Below, piece by piece: positions 10,435 to 20,457 of a stretch of 60,274 nt of DNA. The stretch comes from a virus (lineage: Duplodnaviria; Caudoviricetes), in the IMG/VR virus record IMGVR_UViG_3300027976_000041, positions 1-60,274 of that record. One strand, 5' to 3'. Numbering within the stretch: the first letter of the stretch is position 1; each line of letters starts with the position of its first letter. Under the pieces are notes generated by a model, which was not told the origin of the DNA, searched no databases, and saw only the letters and a list, made by a program, of their open reading frames with translations. The translations under genes and the position numbers were made by a program.

Positions 10435-12504
10435 TTAGAATTCTATTACTGTTCGAAATGAAACGGTTTGATCGGGAGTCTGAATAAATGATGGTCGATT
10501 ATCAATAAACAAAATTTCACCAGTATTTTTGTCGATATTTGGTCCAAGAACACTCACAATAGTCTCGTTGGTGCCAGTCCCAACAATATTTATAACAGCA
10601 CCGGCAGTTAATACACCCGCGGTTTTCGGGAGTACAAGTAAACTTGTTACCCCGGTCACCGATGTATCTGATGAAATGATCAAATATGTATGATTATCAG
10701 TAATATTCCTAATAACCGTATCTGCTATCCATACTGTAAGATCAAATGCACCGGTAACGGCATAACATGTTGATCCGATAATAGAATCAAGTTTTTCTCG
10801 TCTTTGGCTATTTTGAACTGTCAGAGTTTTGATGATCGTTGTGGCCGTTACAATAGTAAATGTCGGGGGAGTTGCTACATTGGACTTTGTCAAAATTACA
10901 CCAGGTAATACACTTACAGGGTTTCCGTTTTTCGTAAAAATGTATACATTACTCGCATCTGAAAAATAAACCAAATAAACATTTGCAGCTCCATCTGTAC
11001 AGACAGTCCCCACCGGGAAGTCGGCAAACGTCGCCCCAACGCTAAAAGTACCAGTGGTATTCCAAAGATTAGTACTAGTCAATGACACACCATTGACAAC
11101 CTGTGATCCAGATGCAGAAGTTACTGTCATACCAGAAATCGATGTACCTACAGTAACAGAAGTTATCGTATAATCATTGGTTAAACTATCCCGTAGAATA
11201 GTACCTGGGGGGAAGTCTTGAATTGTTATACCAACACCAAATTCGGAAATTAACGCATACGAGTTCTTACTAATCGGATCAGAAATGTTAGTGCCAAACG
11301 CAGGACTTCTTGGGTTACGAATTAAGCCGTATTGTCGATAATCATTGTCAATCTTTACACCGCCGTATGATTCGCGTGTGAGATTACCGAAAAACATAAT
11401 TGATGTCGCAAATAATTCCGATACAGCATCTCGCCCGTGCCCAAGTGGTGGAGAAATATTGGCATAAAGTATCGCGGCTGTTCCACCAGGTGCTGGTGGT
11501 TGTGAAATTACTATATTTGCTACTGTATAATTTTTACCAATATTGGTCATTATTATATTTGTCAGTTCACCATTTAATCCAAGCGTATATGTAACAGTAG
11601 CATCGGAGCCGTCACCCTCAATTGTTAATAGTGTATTTACGGGATAACCAGTGCCCGCCAAAGTAGTTACTATTCGCTCAATTGTACCAGGAATCGCTAG
11701 CATTTCTACAACCGCCTGAGAAGATGTATAATCGCCCGTAGAAAGATTCACAGAGACCTGTGCACCTGTACCAAATGGATCAGATGTGTTTATAGTAATC
11801 GTAGCATTTGTATAACCAAACCCAGCATTAGTAATAACTACATTGACCAACTGCCCACCAACGATGACTGGCAGCATGGTCGCATCAACCCCATCACCAC
11901 TTACAATTAAAGTCGTCGCCCCCTGGCTATATCCAGATCCCCCATCTTCAATAGTAATATTATCAATACTACCATTCGAAAAGAATCTAGACCGAAGCGC
12001 CGTCATCACGGGCATAAACTCACCCGTCAAAAACTTGTTAGCCAAATGCCTTGGAATATTATACATGAATTTCCAAGTATAACCATCAGATAATTGTTGC
12101 GGAGACAAGTCAGTCGTTGACGGTGGTATTGTAGATGGATTCAATGTCCCACCATTATCGAGACATTTATAGACATTAAAAGTCTCAGTAATTAAACAAT
12201 ATTTTGGATTGCCCTCAGAACCCTCGTCAACGGAGATATCATATGCGTTAAAAAATTTACCAAAAGCCCAATCGCTTCTTGGCACTACGAAACTCAGATC
12301 GGCTGCGGTAAGGGCTTTTAATAGCACAATCTCATTCCGAACTTTAGATTCATAATCTACAGATGAATTTGGCTGTTCATTTACATCGGCGAAATCGACT
12401 GTTCGCCCAAGATAATAATAATATCGTGCTTGCTTTGACTCGATCTCAGAGTACATAGCATCGGCGATCGCCTGCTTAAGTTTTTGTTTTACAATAGCGC
12501 CCAA
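10435..12504 (-). CDS. Baseplate wedge subunit gp8-like, with insertions
   Basis: VYKCLDN, DGYTWKFMY, GHG.DAV.EL, DYRQYGLIRNP, GEILFIDNR motifs. Confidence 0.85.
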   Translation of the reverse strand: MGAIVKQKLKQAIADAMYSEIESKQARYYYYLGRTVDFADVNEQPNSSVDYESKVRNEIVLLKALTAADLSFVVPRSDWAFGKFFNAYDISVDEGSEGNPKYCLITETFNVYKCLDNGGTLNPSTIPPSTTDLSPQQLSDGYTWKFMYNIPRHLANKFLTGEFMPVMTALRSRFFSNGSIDNITIEDGGSGYSQGATTLIVSGDGVDATMLPVIVGGQLVNVVITNAGFGYTNATITINTSDPFGTGAQVSVNLSTGDYTSSQAVVEMLAIPGTIERIVTTLAGTGYPVNTLLTIEGDGSDATVTYTLGLNGELTNIIMTNIGKNYTVANIVISQPPAPGGTAAILYANISPPLGHGRDAVSELFATSIMFFGNLTRESYGGVKIDNDYRQYGLIRNPRSPAFGTNISDPISKNSYALISEFGVGITIQDFPPGTILRDSLTNDYTITSVTVGTSISGMTVTSASGSQVVNGVSLTSTNLWNTTGTFSVGATFADFPVGTVCTDGAANVYLVYFSDASNVYIFTKNGNPVSVLPGVILTKSNVATPPTFTIVTATTIIKTLTVQNSQRREKLDSIIGSTCYAVTGAFDLTVWIADTVIRNITDNHTYLIISSDTSVTGVTSLLVLPKTAGVLTAGAVINIVGTGTNETIVSVLGPNIDKNTGEILFIDNRPSFIQTPDQTVSFRTVIEF

Positions 12505-12523
12505 AATTATTTCCCATCAACTA

Positions 12524-12976
12524 TTAAGTTGGGTTAACAGTAACAGTCCATGTAATCGAAACCGTATCCAAAACACCCTTAGTCACTACGCCGTATATAG
12601 TTCGGCAAAGCATAGTACCAACCGTCGCGGCATTAAAAATACCCGCCTCGCGCAGAGCACCAGTACCAACGCCGGGCGCAAATGTTGTCGCATATGTCAC
12701 TGTATTAGCGGACACAGATGATGAAACAAAGACCAATCTCGCGGTTTCAGCGACCAAAGTCGTCTGTGCCGCCGATGCCACCGTTGAGCCCGTGCCAATA
12801 GCCAGGTGTGACATGACGGTGGTTGTATTATTGAATACCCGTGATGCCATATAAGCAAGACCCGCGGACACAACCAAATTGGGGACGTGTTTTTCCTCAA
12901 CTAAAACCATATTTTCGTCATAACGACGTACAAATAACTCACCGCTTGCTTTAATATTTTCTACGATTTTTCCCAT
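12524..12976 (-). CDS. Virion structural/tail protein
   Basis: NLVV..G..YMASR...MSHLAIGTG...LREAGIFN motif; AGGAG SD before MGK. Confidence 0.65.
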   Translation of the reverse strand: MGKIVENIKASGELFVRRYDENMVLVEEKHVPNLVVSAGLAYMASRVFNNTTTVMSHLAIGTGSTVASAAQTTLVAETARLVFVSSSVSANTVTYATTFAPGVGTGALREAGIFNAATVGTMLCRTIYGVVTKGVLDTVSITWTVTVNPT

Positions 12977-12993
12977 TTTTTCTCTCCTGTTAA

Positions 12994-14925
12994 TTACCAT
13001 GTTTCTATATGTGACCCTGATTGCGTAAGATAAGAATTTCCCAGTGTTTCGGGGACTACAAAATAAGATGATACATCAGATGTATAATCTTGCGCAAATA
13101 TTACTATAATTTGGCCCGTGTCCCCGGCAACTGCGATTTCAGCTCTAATATTATTTATATTGAAAATTGGATTGGAATCAATAGCACCAACCAATTCAGG
13201 CTTTACAAGCAGGGTATTATGGAGCCAAACCTCGTTACCAATCGAGGCTAGTTCAGATTTAGTCAGTGTAGTTTGGTGTGTCAGAGCATCGGTACCAAGC
13301 GCAATATCGGACTTGACTAGTGTAGTTTGGTGTGTCAGAGCATCGGTACCAAGCGCAATATCGGACTTGACTAGTGTAGTTTGGTGTGTCACCACATCGG
13401 TACCAAGCGCAATATCGGACTTGACTAGTGTAGTATCATGCAACCAAACTTCGTGACCACCCGTTGCAAATTCGGGTTTCACGAGAGTAGTATTGTGTAA
13501 CCAAACGTCGGTACCAAGCGCAATTTCGGGCTTGACCAGTGTTGTATCATGTAACCAAACGTCGGTACCAATCGAGATATCGGGCTTTACCAGTGTTGTA
13601 TCATGTAACCAAACTTCGTGCCCCGCTGTAACACTATCCTTAAGCAATTGTAAAAATTCACGAATAGCGTCTTTTAGAGTCGGGCTAATACTAATATTGT
13701 TTCGTAATTCAAATTGTCCCCATAACGCCATACCATCGGGATGCAGCAACGACATTACAGCATTTTTATATGTAGCCAATTGCGCATCTAATCGGAGAAC
13801 ATAAGAATTATGCTGATAATAATTGCTATCCTGTATCTTGATATCGTCCGACAAGAAGCCGCGAGTCGACGCATAGAAGCCTCGGTATCGCATTAACCCA
13901 CTAAGATTTAATTTAATATAGGCATCACCTACCTGATACCCGGGATTATAAGTTAGATCTGTAAAGTCACCAAATGTACCACTTATAAAGTAAGCAAGTC
14001 TCGTTTGGGGTCTAATACATATATATGTTGTTCCAACAAATCCGTTACCTTGAGCAATAATATCAACAAATAGAAACCTTGATAAATCATTGGGGTCCAT
14101 TGTAGTAATACGAATGATACAGTCTTTAGCTTGAAGCCCCGCTCCCGGAATAACATAAGCAGCCCCCGCAAAAAAACCGGGCTTTTCAGCACTCGTTAGA
14201 ACAGCAATACCGGGTCCACCATTGAGTACAGTGGCACTAATGATCGCATCTACAATTACACCAGGTATTTCAATACCATCCTTATTCACAAAACTAAAAA
14301 TATCACCAGTCTCGATAATAGCCTTGTGGGCCCGATCAATAAACAGGTCATAAATAGTATCGGAAATTTTCTTGACACTAGTGCATAATACAGCAAATCC
14401 AAGCTCGTGTACCTCGGGAGAATGAGCATCGCCATCGAAATGGATACCCCCCTTTTTGAGGATGAAATAATTACCCTGTATATTTGATGTTCCCACAAGA
14501 TCAGTTTCGGGTCCAGAAAGTTGGACCCGAAATGAGACTTCCTGGGTCCAACGACCGTCAGAAGCTCTCAGAACACTATCGCCTGGATATATAAAATCTA
14601 CTGACTTCCCGAACATAGCTCGCATCAGAAATTTAAACGAATCCTCACTACCTCGGGATAAGTAAAAATGTTTTGCTACTTTAAGAAAATCTTCGTCCGA
14701 TATAGATCCAAAGCTCGGCACATTCTTGGCTAACTCAGCCTTCAAGGAACCTATAAAGCGATTCAGAGATGCATCGATATCTCTAAGATTATCTACTTTA
14801 CCCGACTCCGTTGTCTCTAAGTACTCATAATACTTCTCCATAAACGTGATGATCTGAGGGAACTCATCACGATACAGCTCGGGGAACTGCTCTGCTATAA
14901 AGAGCGAAAGATTAGGTTTTTCCAT
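12994..14925 (-). CDS. Baseplate wedge initiator gp7-like with C-terminal repeats
   Basis: QFPE...FMEKYYEYLE, FY.SRGSEDSFKFL, IQDSNYYQ..SYV, LHP.GM motifs; position after gp6. Confidence 0.75.
   Translation of the reverse strand: MEKPNLSLFIAEQFPELYRDEFPQIITFMEKYYEYLETTESGKVDNLRDIDASLNRFIGSLKAELAKNVPSFGSISDEDFLKVAKHFYLSRGSEDSFKFLMRAMFGKSVDFIYPGDSVLRASDGRWTQEVSFRVQLSGPETDLVGTSNIQGNYFILKKGGIHFDGDAHSPEVHELGFAVLCTSVKKISDTIYDLFIDRAHKAIIETGDIFSFVNKDGIEIPGVIVDAIISATVLNGGPGIAVLTSAEKPGFFAGAAYVIPGAGLQAKDCIIRITTMDPNDLSRFLFVDIIAQGNGFVGTTYICIRPQTRLAYFISGTFGDFTDLTYNPGYQVGDAYIKLNLSGLMRYRGFYASTRGFLSDDIKIQDSNYYQHNSYVLRLDAQLATYKNAVMSLLHPDGMALWGQFELRNNISISPTLKDAIREFLQLLKDSVTAGHEVWLHDTTLVKPDISIGTDVWLHDTTLVKPEIALGTDVWLHNTTLVKPEFATGGHEVWLHDTTLVKSDIALGTDVVTHQTTLVKSDIALGTDALTHQTTLVKSDIALGTDALTHQTTLTKSELASIGNEVWLHNTLLVKPELVGAIDSNPIFNINNIRAEIAVAGDTGQIIVIFAQDYTSDVSSYFVVPETLGNSYLTQSGSHIETW
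13196..13625 (-). repeat. About 8 coding tandem repeats of 57-60 bp (xVWLHDTTLVKPDIALGTD)
   Basis: Near-identical units such as tcggtaccaagcgcaatatcggacttgactagtgtag. Confidence 0.9.
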
Positions 14926-16739
14926 TATCGCGGTGTGAATGTATAATTAGCACCGCCCGTAGCGATACCCGCAGCAATTTTATCTGAAATCGCTGATACT
15001 TTAAGAAGTTCATTTTGGATACCCGCAATAAGATTCTTATTAGATACCACATCATTGCTTAATGGGGTAAATACAAATTCAAGAAATGGATCATATAACG
15101 ATGTAATTAGCAGAGCTAAAACATGCCAAGAACCAACATTATAATTAATTGTACCAACGTCTTGTATATAGAAAGGCGCACCAAGACTATTTTCTCGATA
15201 AAGTTGTAATATTCCCGCCCCATTATCCTTAATATAGCAACGGTCGGTAGTTAAATTTGTATAAAATCGAGTCGTATAGAAACTTCCGCCGTTATCTAGT
15301 TTGACGATTGGATTATTATGAACCAATGAATAGCCCGTGTTAATTTCAAAGTTGGGTTGTACTGGCACACGAATTCGTAGAGACATAGAGTTAGAACTAA
15401 TTGATGTATCGCTATTGTCAATTAAAGCACTCAGTTTTGAAAATCTGAATACTGAATCAAATTTATTCAGAGTTTCTGAATAGTTAACAATTGTAGCTCT
15501 TACGTTGGTTTCAATTTCCCCCGTACTGAACGCGGCGATATTTTCGTTGTAATATACATTACAAAGAAGTTCTATATTCAAAAACCCTGCATCCACAAAT
15601 TCTGGAGTCACTGTGACTATTCCACGCCGTAACAGTAAACTGCCAAGCATAGAGTTCTTTTCTATTGTATTAAAGAAATCTCGATTGTGCGGCTTGGCTG
15701 CAATAAAAAGTTTACCGTAGATTGGGGGGTTATTGTCCTGTCCACCCCAGGCTCGCACGGATTCAATATTTGGATAGTGTTGCATCAAAATATTCTCATA
15801 GTCAATAGCAGTGACCGCTCGATCCTGTGCCACAAACGCCCGAGGCGCATTGAAACGAATAGACTCGATATCTTCTGCTTCCTGGCCTGTACGGGCGGCC
15901 TGGACCGTGGTAATATCAAATACGAATGGATTTGAAAAGGTGCTATGGGGTATAAAGTTGTTAGCCCCATTCGCCTTAGACCCTGCTGAAATTCGATAAT
16001 CAATATTAACTATATTGCCAGGTACTGGAGCAACTCCTAGTACACCATTGCCAAAGTAGATTTCGAACAATAGATCTTCTCGCTGTTTGATAAAGAAGAA
16101 ATGATCCGTGCCGGTCGCTCGAAGCATAGAAGCAGCAGGAAAGAATCGACGCACTACATTTGAAGAAGAATTATCGGATACCAGAATCTCAAGTGTCGTT
16201 GTATCAATATCGGCATTTGGTATTACATACGAAGAAGTATTCGTGACCGTATATGAAATACTGCCTGTGGTCCCCTCAATAATTTCAACATTATTAAAGA
16301 TAAAGGTACCCGCAAAAGTTTTAATCGCGCTATAATTTGTCAAAGGGCGAAATGTATAGGTTGAAGAACCAATACCCGCCAAAAAGATAGTATCTTTAGA
16401 TAGGGCTAAAACCTTTAGGTCGTCGGATCCAGGTGGGGGTGTTACAACTATATTGATAATAGCCCGGGCCGATGTTACAGATTTTGCAGTATAGCCAAGT
16501 GCCTTAGCCAACGAAATAACTGAGGCCTTTTTTGATGCAGAGTCGATGAAAGATTCATTGATGGCCAAATTGGTATACAACATATTGTAATGTGTATTAT
16601 ATGCCAATAGATCAATCAAAACGGTCATCGCAGAACCCTCAAAATTATACGAATCAAATTCACTCTGTCCCCGAAGGAATGTTTTTAAATTCGCCTTGAT
16701 GTCCTCGAATCCTAGACCGTTTGTTACGATTTGCTTCAA
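14925..16739 (-). CDS. Baseplate wedge subunit gp6
   Basis: L.F..IKANLK.FL..Q.EF..YNFEGS...LIDLLAYNTHY, QDRAVTA.DY, WGGQDN.PP.YGK. Confidence 0.92.
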   Translation of the reverse strand: MKQIVTNGLGFEDIKANLKTFLRGQSEFDSYNFEGSAMTVLIDLLAYNTHYNMLYTNLAINESFIDSASKKASVISLAKALGYTAKSVTSARAIINIVVTPPPGSDDLKVLALSKDTIFLAGIGSSTYTFRPLTNYSAIKTFAGTFIFNNVEIIEGTTGSISYTVTNTSSYVIPNADIDTTTLEILVSDNSSSNVVRRFFPAASMLRATGTDHFFFIKQREDLLFEIYFGNGVLGVAPVPGNIVNIDYRISAGSKANGANNFIPHSTFSNPFVFDITTVQAARTGQEAEDIESIRFNAPRAFVAQDRAVTAIDYENILMQHYPNIESVRAWGGQDNNPPIYGKLFIAAKPHNRDFFNTIEKNSMLGSLLLRRGIVTVTPEFVDAGFLNIELLCNVYYNENIAAFSTGEIETNVRATIVNYSETLNKFDSVFRFSKLSALIDNSDTSISSNSMSLRIRVPVQPNFEINTGYSLVHNNPIVKLDNGGSFYTTRFYTNLTTDRCYIKDNGAGILQLYRENSLGAPFYIQDVGTINYNVGSWHVLALLITSLYDPFLEFVFTPLSNDVVSNKNLIAGIQNELLKVSAISDKIAAGIATGGANYTFTPR

Positions 16740-16763
16740 AATTATTCTCCAGTATTATTTGTG

Positions 16764-17606
16764 TTATTTATTATTGATATAGAACCACGTGGCCCATTTT
16801 GGGCCTGTAGAGTGGCATCTTACACTAATCGTTGATTTAACAACACCCAAAGTACTAGCAGCCACGGCGCCGGATTTGTATTGTATTCCGTCAATAGAAC
16901 ATGACTTCGACCATATATTTCCAGCTGCGCATCTTTTTCGTCCTGCGATCGACATATTTGCCCGAGAAGCTTCTGACATAGGTTTCCCAGTCAGAGCGAG
17001 TGATATTTTAGCCTTATGTTCGGCTGTGGGTCTAATTCCTATATGACCTAACCCTATATTTTTCTTGTGTTCATCTGATAGAGGTATACCAGTTAGGACC
17101 AATGATCTTTTAGACCTCTTTTCCTCTGTCCAACCTAACCCCATATTTTTCTTGTGTTCATCTGATAGAGGTATACCAGTTAGGACCAATGATAACGCTG
17201 CTCTCTTTCCCTCTGTCCAAGCTAAGGATATTTTTTTCTTATGCTCATCTGTCAATTTTTTTCCGGTCTTTGATAACGATATAGCAGACCTAGTAGTTAT
17301 AGATACTATGTTACCGGCTTGCCCATCACCACCGTCCGTGAGATTGATTAGAATACCTGTACCGAGATTTTTTCTGCCATACCACATAATATAGCGGCGT
17401 TCAAGAGCCAAGGCCCCAAGTTCAGTAAGATTAGATTCCATAATTATTATATTGGAACGATCTTTAGGTGGAAATTTCTTGCCATGCATAGCAAATGCTC
17501 GGCCACCTTTGCCCTTTCCAATATAATATGGAGTACCAGCCATGGCCGCTTTGCTGTCCTTTGCCCGCAGGTAAGCGTAAATATAATAAATTGTTTTATT
17601 ATTCAT
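16764..17606 (-). CDS. Free-standing homing endonuclease (GIY-YIG-like) with NUMOD3-type repeats
   Basis: YYIYAYLR..TPYYIGKGKG.RA, GILINLTDGGDG, LSDEHKK repeats; sits between gp25 and gp6. Confidence 0.8.
   Translation of the reverse strand: MNNKTIYYIYAYLRAKDSKAAMAGTPYYIGKGKGGRAFAMHGKKFPPKDRSNIIIMESNLTELGALALERRYIMWYGRKNLGTGILINLTDGGDGQAGNIVSITTRSAISLSKTGKKLTDEHKKKISLAWTEGKRAALSLVLTGIPLSDEHKKNMGLGWTEEKRSKRSLVLTGIPLSDEHKKNIGLGHIGIRPTAEHKAKISLALTGKPMSEASRANMSIAGRKRCAAGNIWSKSCSIDGIQYKSGAVAASTLGVVKSTISVRCHSTGPKWATWFYINNK
17046..17252 (-). repeat. 87-bp tandem repeat (two near-identical copies plus a partial diverged third) within the endonuclease
   Basis: tttttcttgtgttcatctgatagaggtataccagttaggaccaatgat occurs twice with period 87. 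Confidence 0.9.
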
Positions 17607-17613
17607 AGCTCTT

Positions 17614-18006
17614 CTAGCGCACGCGGGTGAGTGTAACACCCACTTCTAATGGGTTCTCTGTATTCTTAATTCTAAAGATAATTCCGATATACACTTTATT
17701 GTTATCGTAACTAGGGCGTACATTGACAGATAGAACATCGATCCTAGGCTCATAGTTATTTAGTACATTTGTGATGGCCTCGGTCATAGTTATAACAAAT
17801 AGATCGTCCATATTATCGAACATCAATTTTCTAATTGGTGTACCGATCTCAGAATGAAATAGACGCTCATAATTACCGATCATCACTAGACTCTTAACCG
17901 CAAACTTTATTGCTCGGTCGTCAATCCGGATATTTAGATCGCCAGAGTTCGGATTCGCCCCAAAGACTGCATCTATATCTGTGTATGTTCGTGTTATTCT
18001 TGGCAT
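17614..18006 (-). CDS. Baseplate wedge subunit gp25
   Basis: Y.DID..F..NP.SGD, ERLF..EIG, NYEPRI motifs. Confidence 0.92.
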   Translation of the reverse strand: MPRITRTYTDIDAVFGANPNSGDLNIRIDDRAIKFAVKSLVMIGNYERLFHSEIGTPIRKLMFDNMDDLFVITMTEAITNVLNNYEPRIDVLSVNVRPSYDNNKVYIGIIFRIKNTENPLEVGVTLTRVR

Positions 18007-18024
18007 AATTTTATTATTTAGTTA

Positions 18025-18032
18025 TATTTATA
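18025..18032 (-). promoter_or_regulatory. T4-type late promoter TATAAATA for gp25
   Basis: Exact consensus 18 nt upstream of the ATG. Confidence 0.75.
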
Positions 18033-20457
18033 ACAGCAATACAAATGCGCCACGAGTATGCGTTTTATCGTTACGCATCGTAAAATGCGCCATTTTGTTG
18101 TCCCTTTGTTTGTATGAAATATGAATCCATATTGTGGGCCCTCTATACTCTAGAATAATCTGATTATATGCGGGCAATAATTTTTGGATTGCTATACAAG
18201 CATCAAAAGTCTCTTTCTCATCGAATAGATTAAACACTATGTCAACAGCGGATCCCGTCAAATGGTCTGATGATATAGAGCCTTTAATGGCTTTATTCCT
18301 AGCTTCTGAGCGCCAAGTATTGGTGATAATCATGTTTGGATATACACGTTTGATAGGATCGATAACATTTATAGTCAACTGTTTTAGATTACAAACGATT
18401 TGTTGTGCAGATAGGCCAGAGTTTATGCCCCTTGGGATCTCAGGCTTACTTCCCGTAATAATTTGACCCAATGTCCAATTATCGGTTAACTTATACGCCA
18501 TCGTAAAATTGTGCTCCTGCATAATAGCATCACAGGACGATGGATCGATCGGTGGCGACACCTTTGGTGGTATTTTAACCTCAGCCTTTTTTATAACTTC
18601 GGGCACCAGCATATCTGGATCAATATTACCTTCTCTTATATGCAACTGTATAAATTCCGTTGGATCACCATCCTCGGGAGTATCATAGGCATATTGAAGC
18701 ACATCTTGCCGATTTGGAGTAATTAACTTAGATAGATTTGGATCGCCCCGTGCGCCACCCTTTGATTTTAACACCGACCCGCCTTTGCCTGAGTTTAAAT
18801 GGATATTCGGGCCGTCACCGGATATTTCGACTCCCGCGGCCAATCGGATAGATCCTCCCGCCCCAATACCAATATTACCGCCGACCTTTAGATCAAAGTT
18901 CCCGAGAATATCAAATGTGGCATTATTTTCTACTCGAACATTAGCATTACCTTGCACAGTTATATTGCAGTTACCTCGAATAAGAATATTGCCATTTCGT
19001 TCCATAATAGAAAAATTATCGCCAATGATTCGGTTAACCTGGGTTCCATTGACATCAATCTCAGTATAGGTTCCCGCCTTATGATATAAATGTATACGCT
19101 CAGATCCCTCGGTATCATCAAATTCTTGAATATGGCCCGACTCACTTGAGTATACATTGTTATATGGATACGATGCATTGTAGGGTATAGCGGGTTGATC
19201 CCATGTGGACCCCGTGGCAGTAATAATGCCCGTGGCGCGGCCAGCCTCTTTCTTAACTACTATGGTGCCACCAAGATTCTCATGTCTTGCGAGTCTATTT
19301 GTATCGGGTTCATTTAGAAATTTTGGATATTTCTTTTTGGGGTCCGCAAAACCCGTCTCGGATAGCTGTTTGGGTGTATCGTTTGGGGTCGTACTCGGGA
19401 CACTTGGTATTCTAGATCTTATAACAACTGGATTTTGTGTCGCATCTGGTCTCGTTGGTGATTTCGCATCAGGTAATACTGGGGTAGTGGTTCCATCGTC
19501 GTTTGGAATGCCATTCTTCAGAAAGAGAGTCTTTTCTCGATCTCGTCTCGCGGATAAAACCCCCCCCTTCGTTGCAGAAATTGGAATAAACGCCGATGCC
19601 GCGTCATACTTGCCACTATTCAGAGCGGGTAGAATACTAGTATGCGAAAATCCGTCCGGCCCCATATTATAGATCATCGATACACAAGCATCAAACATCG
19701 ACTGTGTAACAGGTACTTTAATCAAGCTCCGAGCGGCTTTTTCGTATATACCCTTTAACGTTAAGACAAAAAGTTCATCACATTCGCGTTTAGTCAAGAC
19801 TGTATTAGCTAATACTTTGCTTTTGTCCTTTAGAAAAGTGCTACCCCAGCCTATTGTCCAAACCTTGGCGGTATCTTGATAAGCATGGATCAAAGTATCG
19901 TCTGGTAACGTAGACTTACCCACCACATTCTTGCCTTTGACAGTAGACGATAGCCCCTCTTCGCCGTGAAGGAATGTGATACCCGCCGGTGAGGTAACCA
20001 TGGCGGATGGTACCTTGACCTCTATGGGAATCTTGGCTATCGTAACTGGGCCTTCTACAGGCGCGTCGGCTCCCGACCTAATCGGATTACCCGACGAGTC
20101 ACGCCATATTATACCATCGGATGAGACAACAACATTATTAGTTTGTGGCGCCGCCGCGGTGCGAACACCATCATCACTTGGTATACCCGGCAACGTGCCT
20201 ATAATAATCGGTGATTGTTTGTCCTCATCCGAAAAGACAAGCATACACCAAGTCCCCTCAAGTATTCCCGTGGGTGAATGTCCGATACCAGAGTTAGCCG
20301 CACTGTTCGTAGGCTGCATAACTTGAGCCCACGGTAGATCCGACGTTGGCAGTTCAATTTTATTCTCAGAGTGGATTCCTGAGATACGGACACGCACGCG
20401 CCCCAACCGCAGGGGGTCATTAATGCGATCCTCACAGACGCCGTAGTAAATATTCAT
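18028..20457 (-). CDS. Baseplate hub/needle gp5: OB fold, GH24 lysozyme, beta-helix and C-terminal peptidase M15
   Basis: DPLRLGRVRVR..G.H, EEG..YQDT..VWTIGWGST, YPYN.V..SESGHIQEFDDT, SDHLTGSAVD...WIHIS. Confidence 0.9.
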   Translation of the reverse strand: MNIYYGVCEDRINDPLRLGRVRVRISGIHSENKIELPTSDLPWAQVMQPTNSAANSGIGHSPTGILEGTWCMLVFSDEDKQSPIIIGTLPGIPSDDGVRTAAAPQTNNVVVSSDGIIWRDSSGNPIRSGADAPVEGPVTIAKIPIEVKVPSAMVTSPAGITFLHGEEGLSSTVKGKNVVGKSTLPDDTLIHAYQDTAKVWTIGWGSTFLKDKSKVLANTVLTKRECDELFVLTLKGIYEKAARSLIKVPVTQSMFDACVSMIYNMGPDGFSHTSILPALNSGKYDAASAFIPISATKGGVLSARRDREKTLFLKNGIPNDDGTTTPVLPDAKSPTRPDATQNPVVIRSRIPSVPSTTPNDTPKQLSETGFADPKKKYPKFLNEPDTNRLARHENLGGTIVVKKEAGRATGIITATGSTWDQPAIPYNASYPYNNVYSSESGHIQEFDDTEGSERIHLYHKAGTYTEIDVNGTQVNRIIGDNFSIMERNGNILIRGNCNITVQGNANVRVENNATFDILGNFDLKVGGNIGIGAGGSIRLAAGVEISGDGPNIHLNSGKGGSVLKSKGGARGDPNLSKLITPNRQDVLQYAYDTPEDGDPTEFIQLHIREGNIDPDMLVPEVIKKAEVKIPPKVSPPIDPSSCDAIMQEHNFTMAYKLTDNWTLGQIITGSKPEIPRGINSGLSAQQIVCNLKQLTINVIDPIKRVYPNMIITNTWRSEARNKAIKGSISSDHLTGSAVDIVFNLFDEKETFDACIAIQKLLPAYNQIILEYRGPTIWIHISYKQRDNKMAHFTMRNDKTHTRGAFVLLL

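Noticed and set aside
13196-13625. CRISPR array
   Set aside because: The repeats are in-frame coding units without unique spacers, and no cas genes are present.
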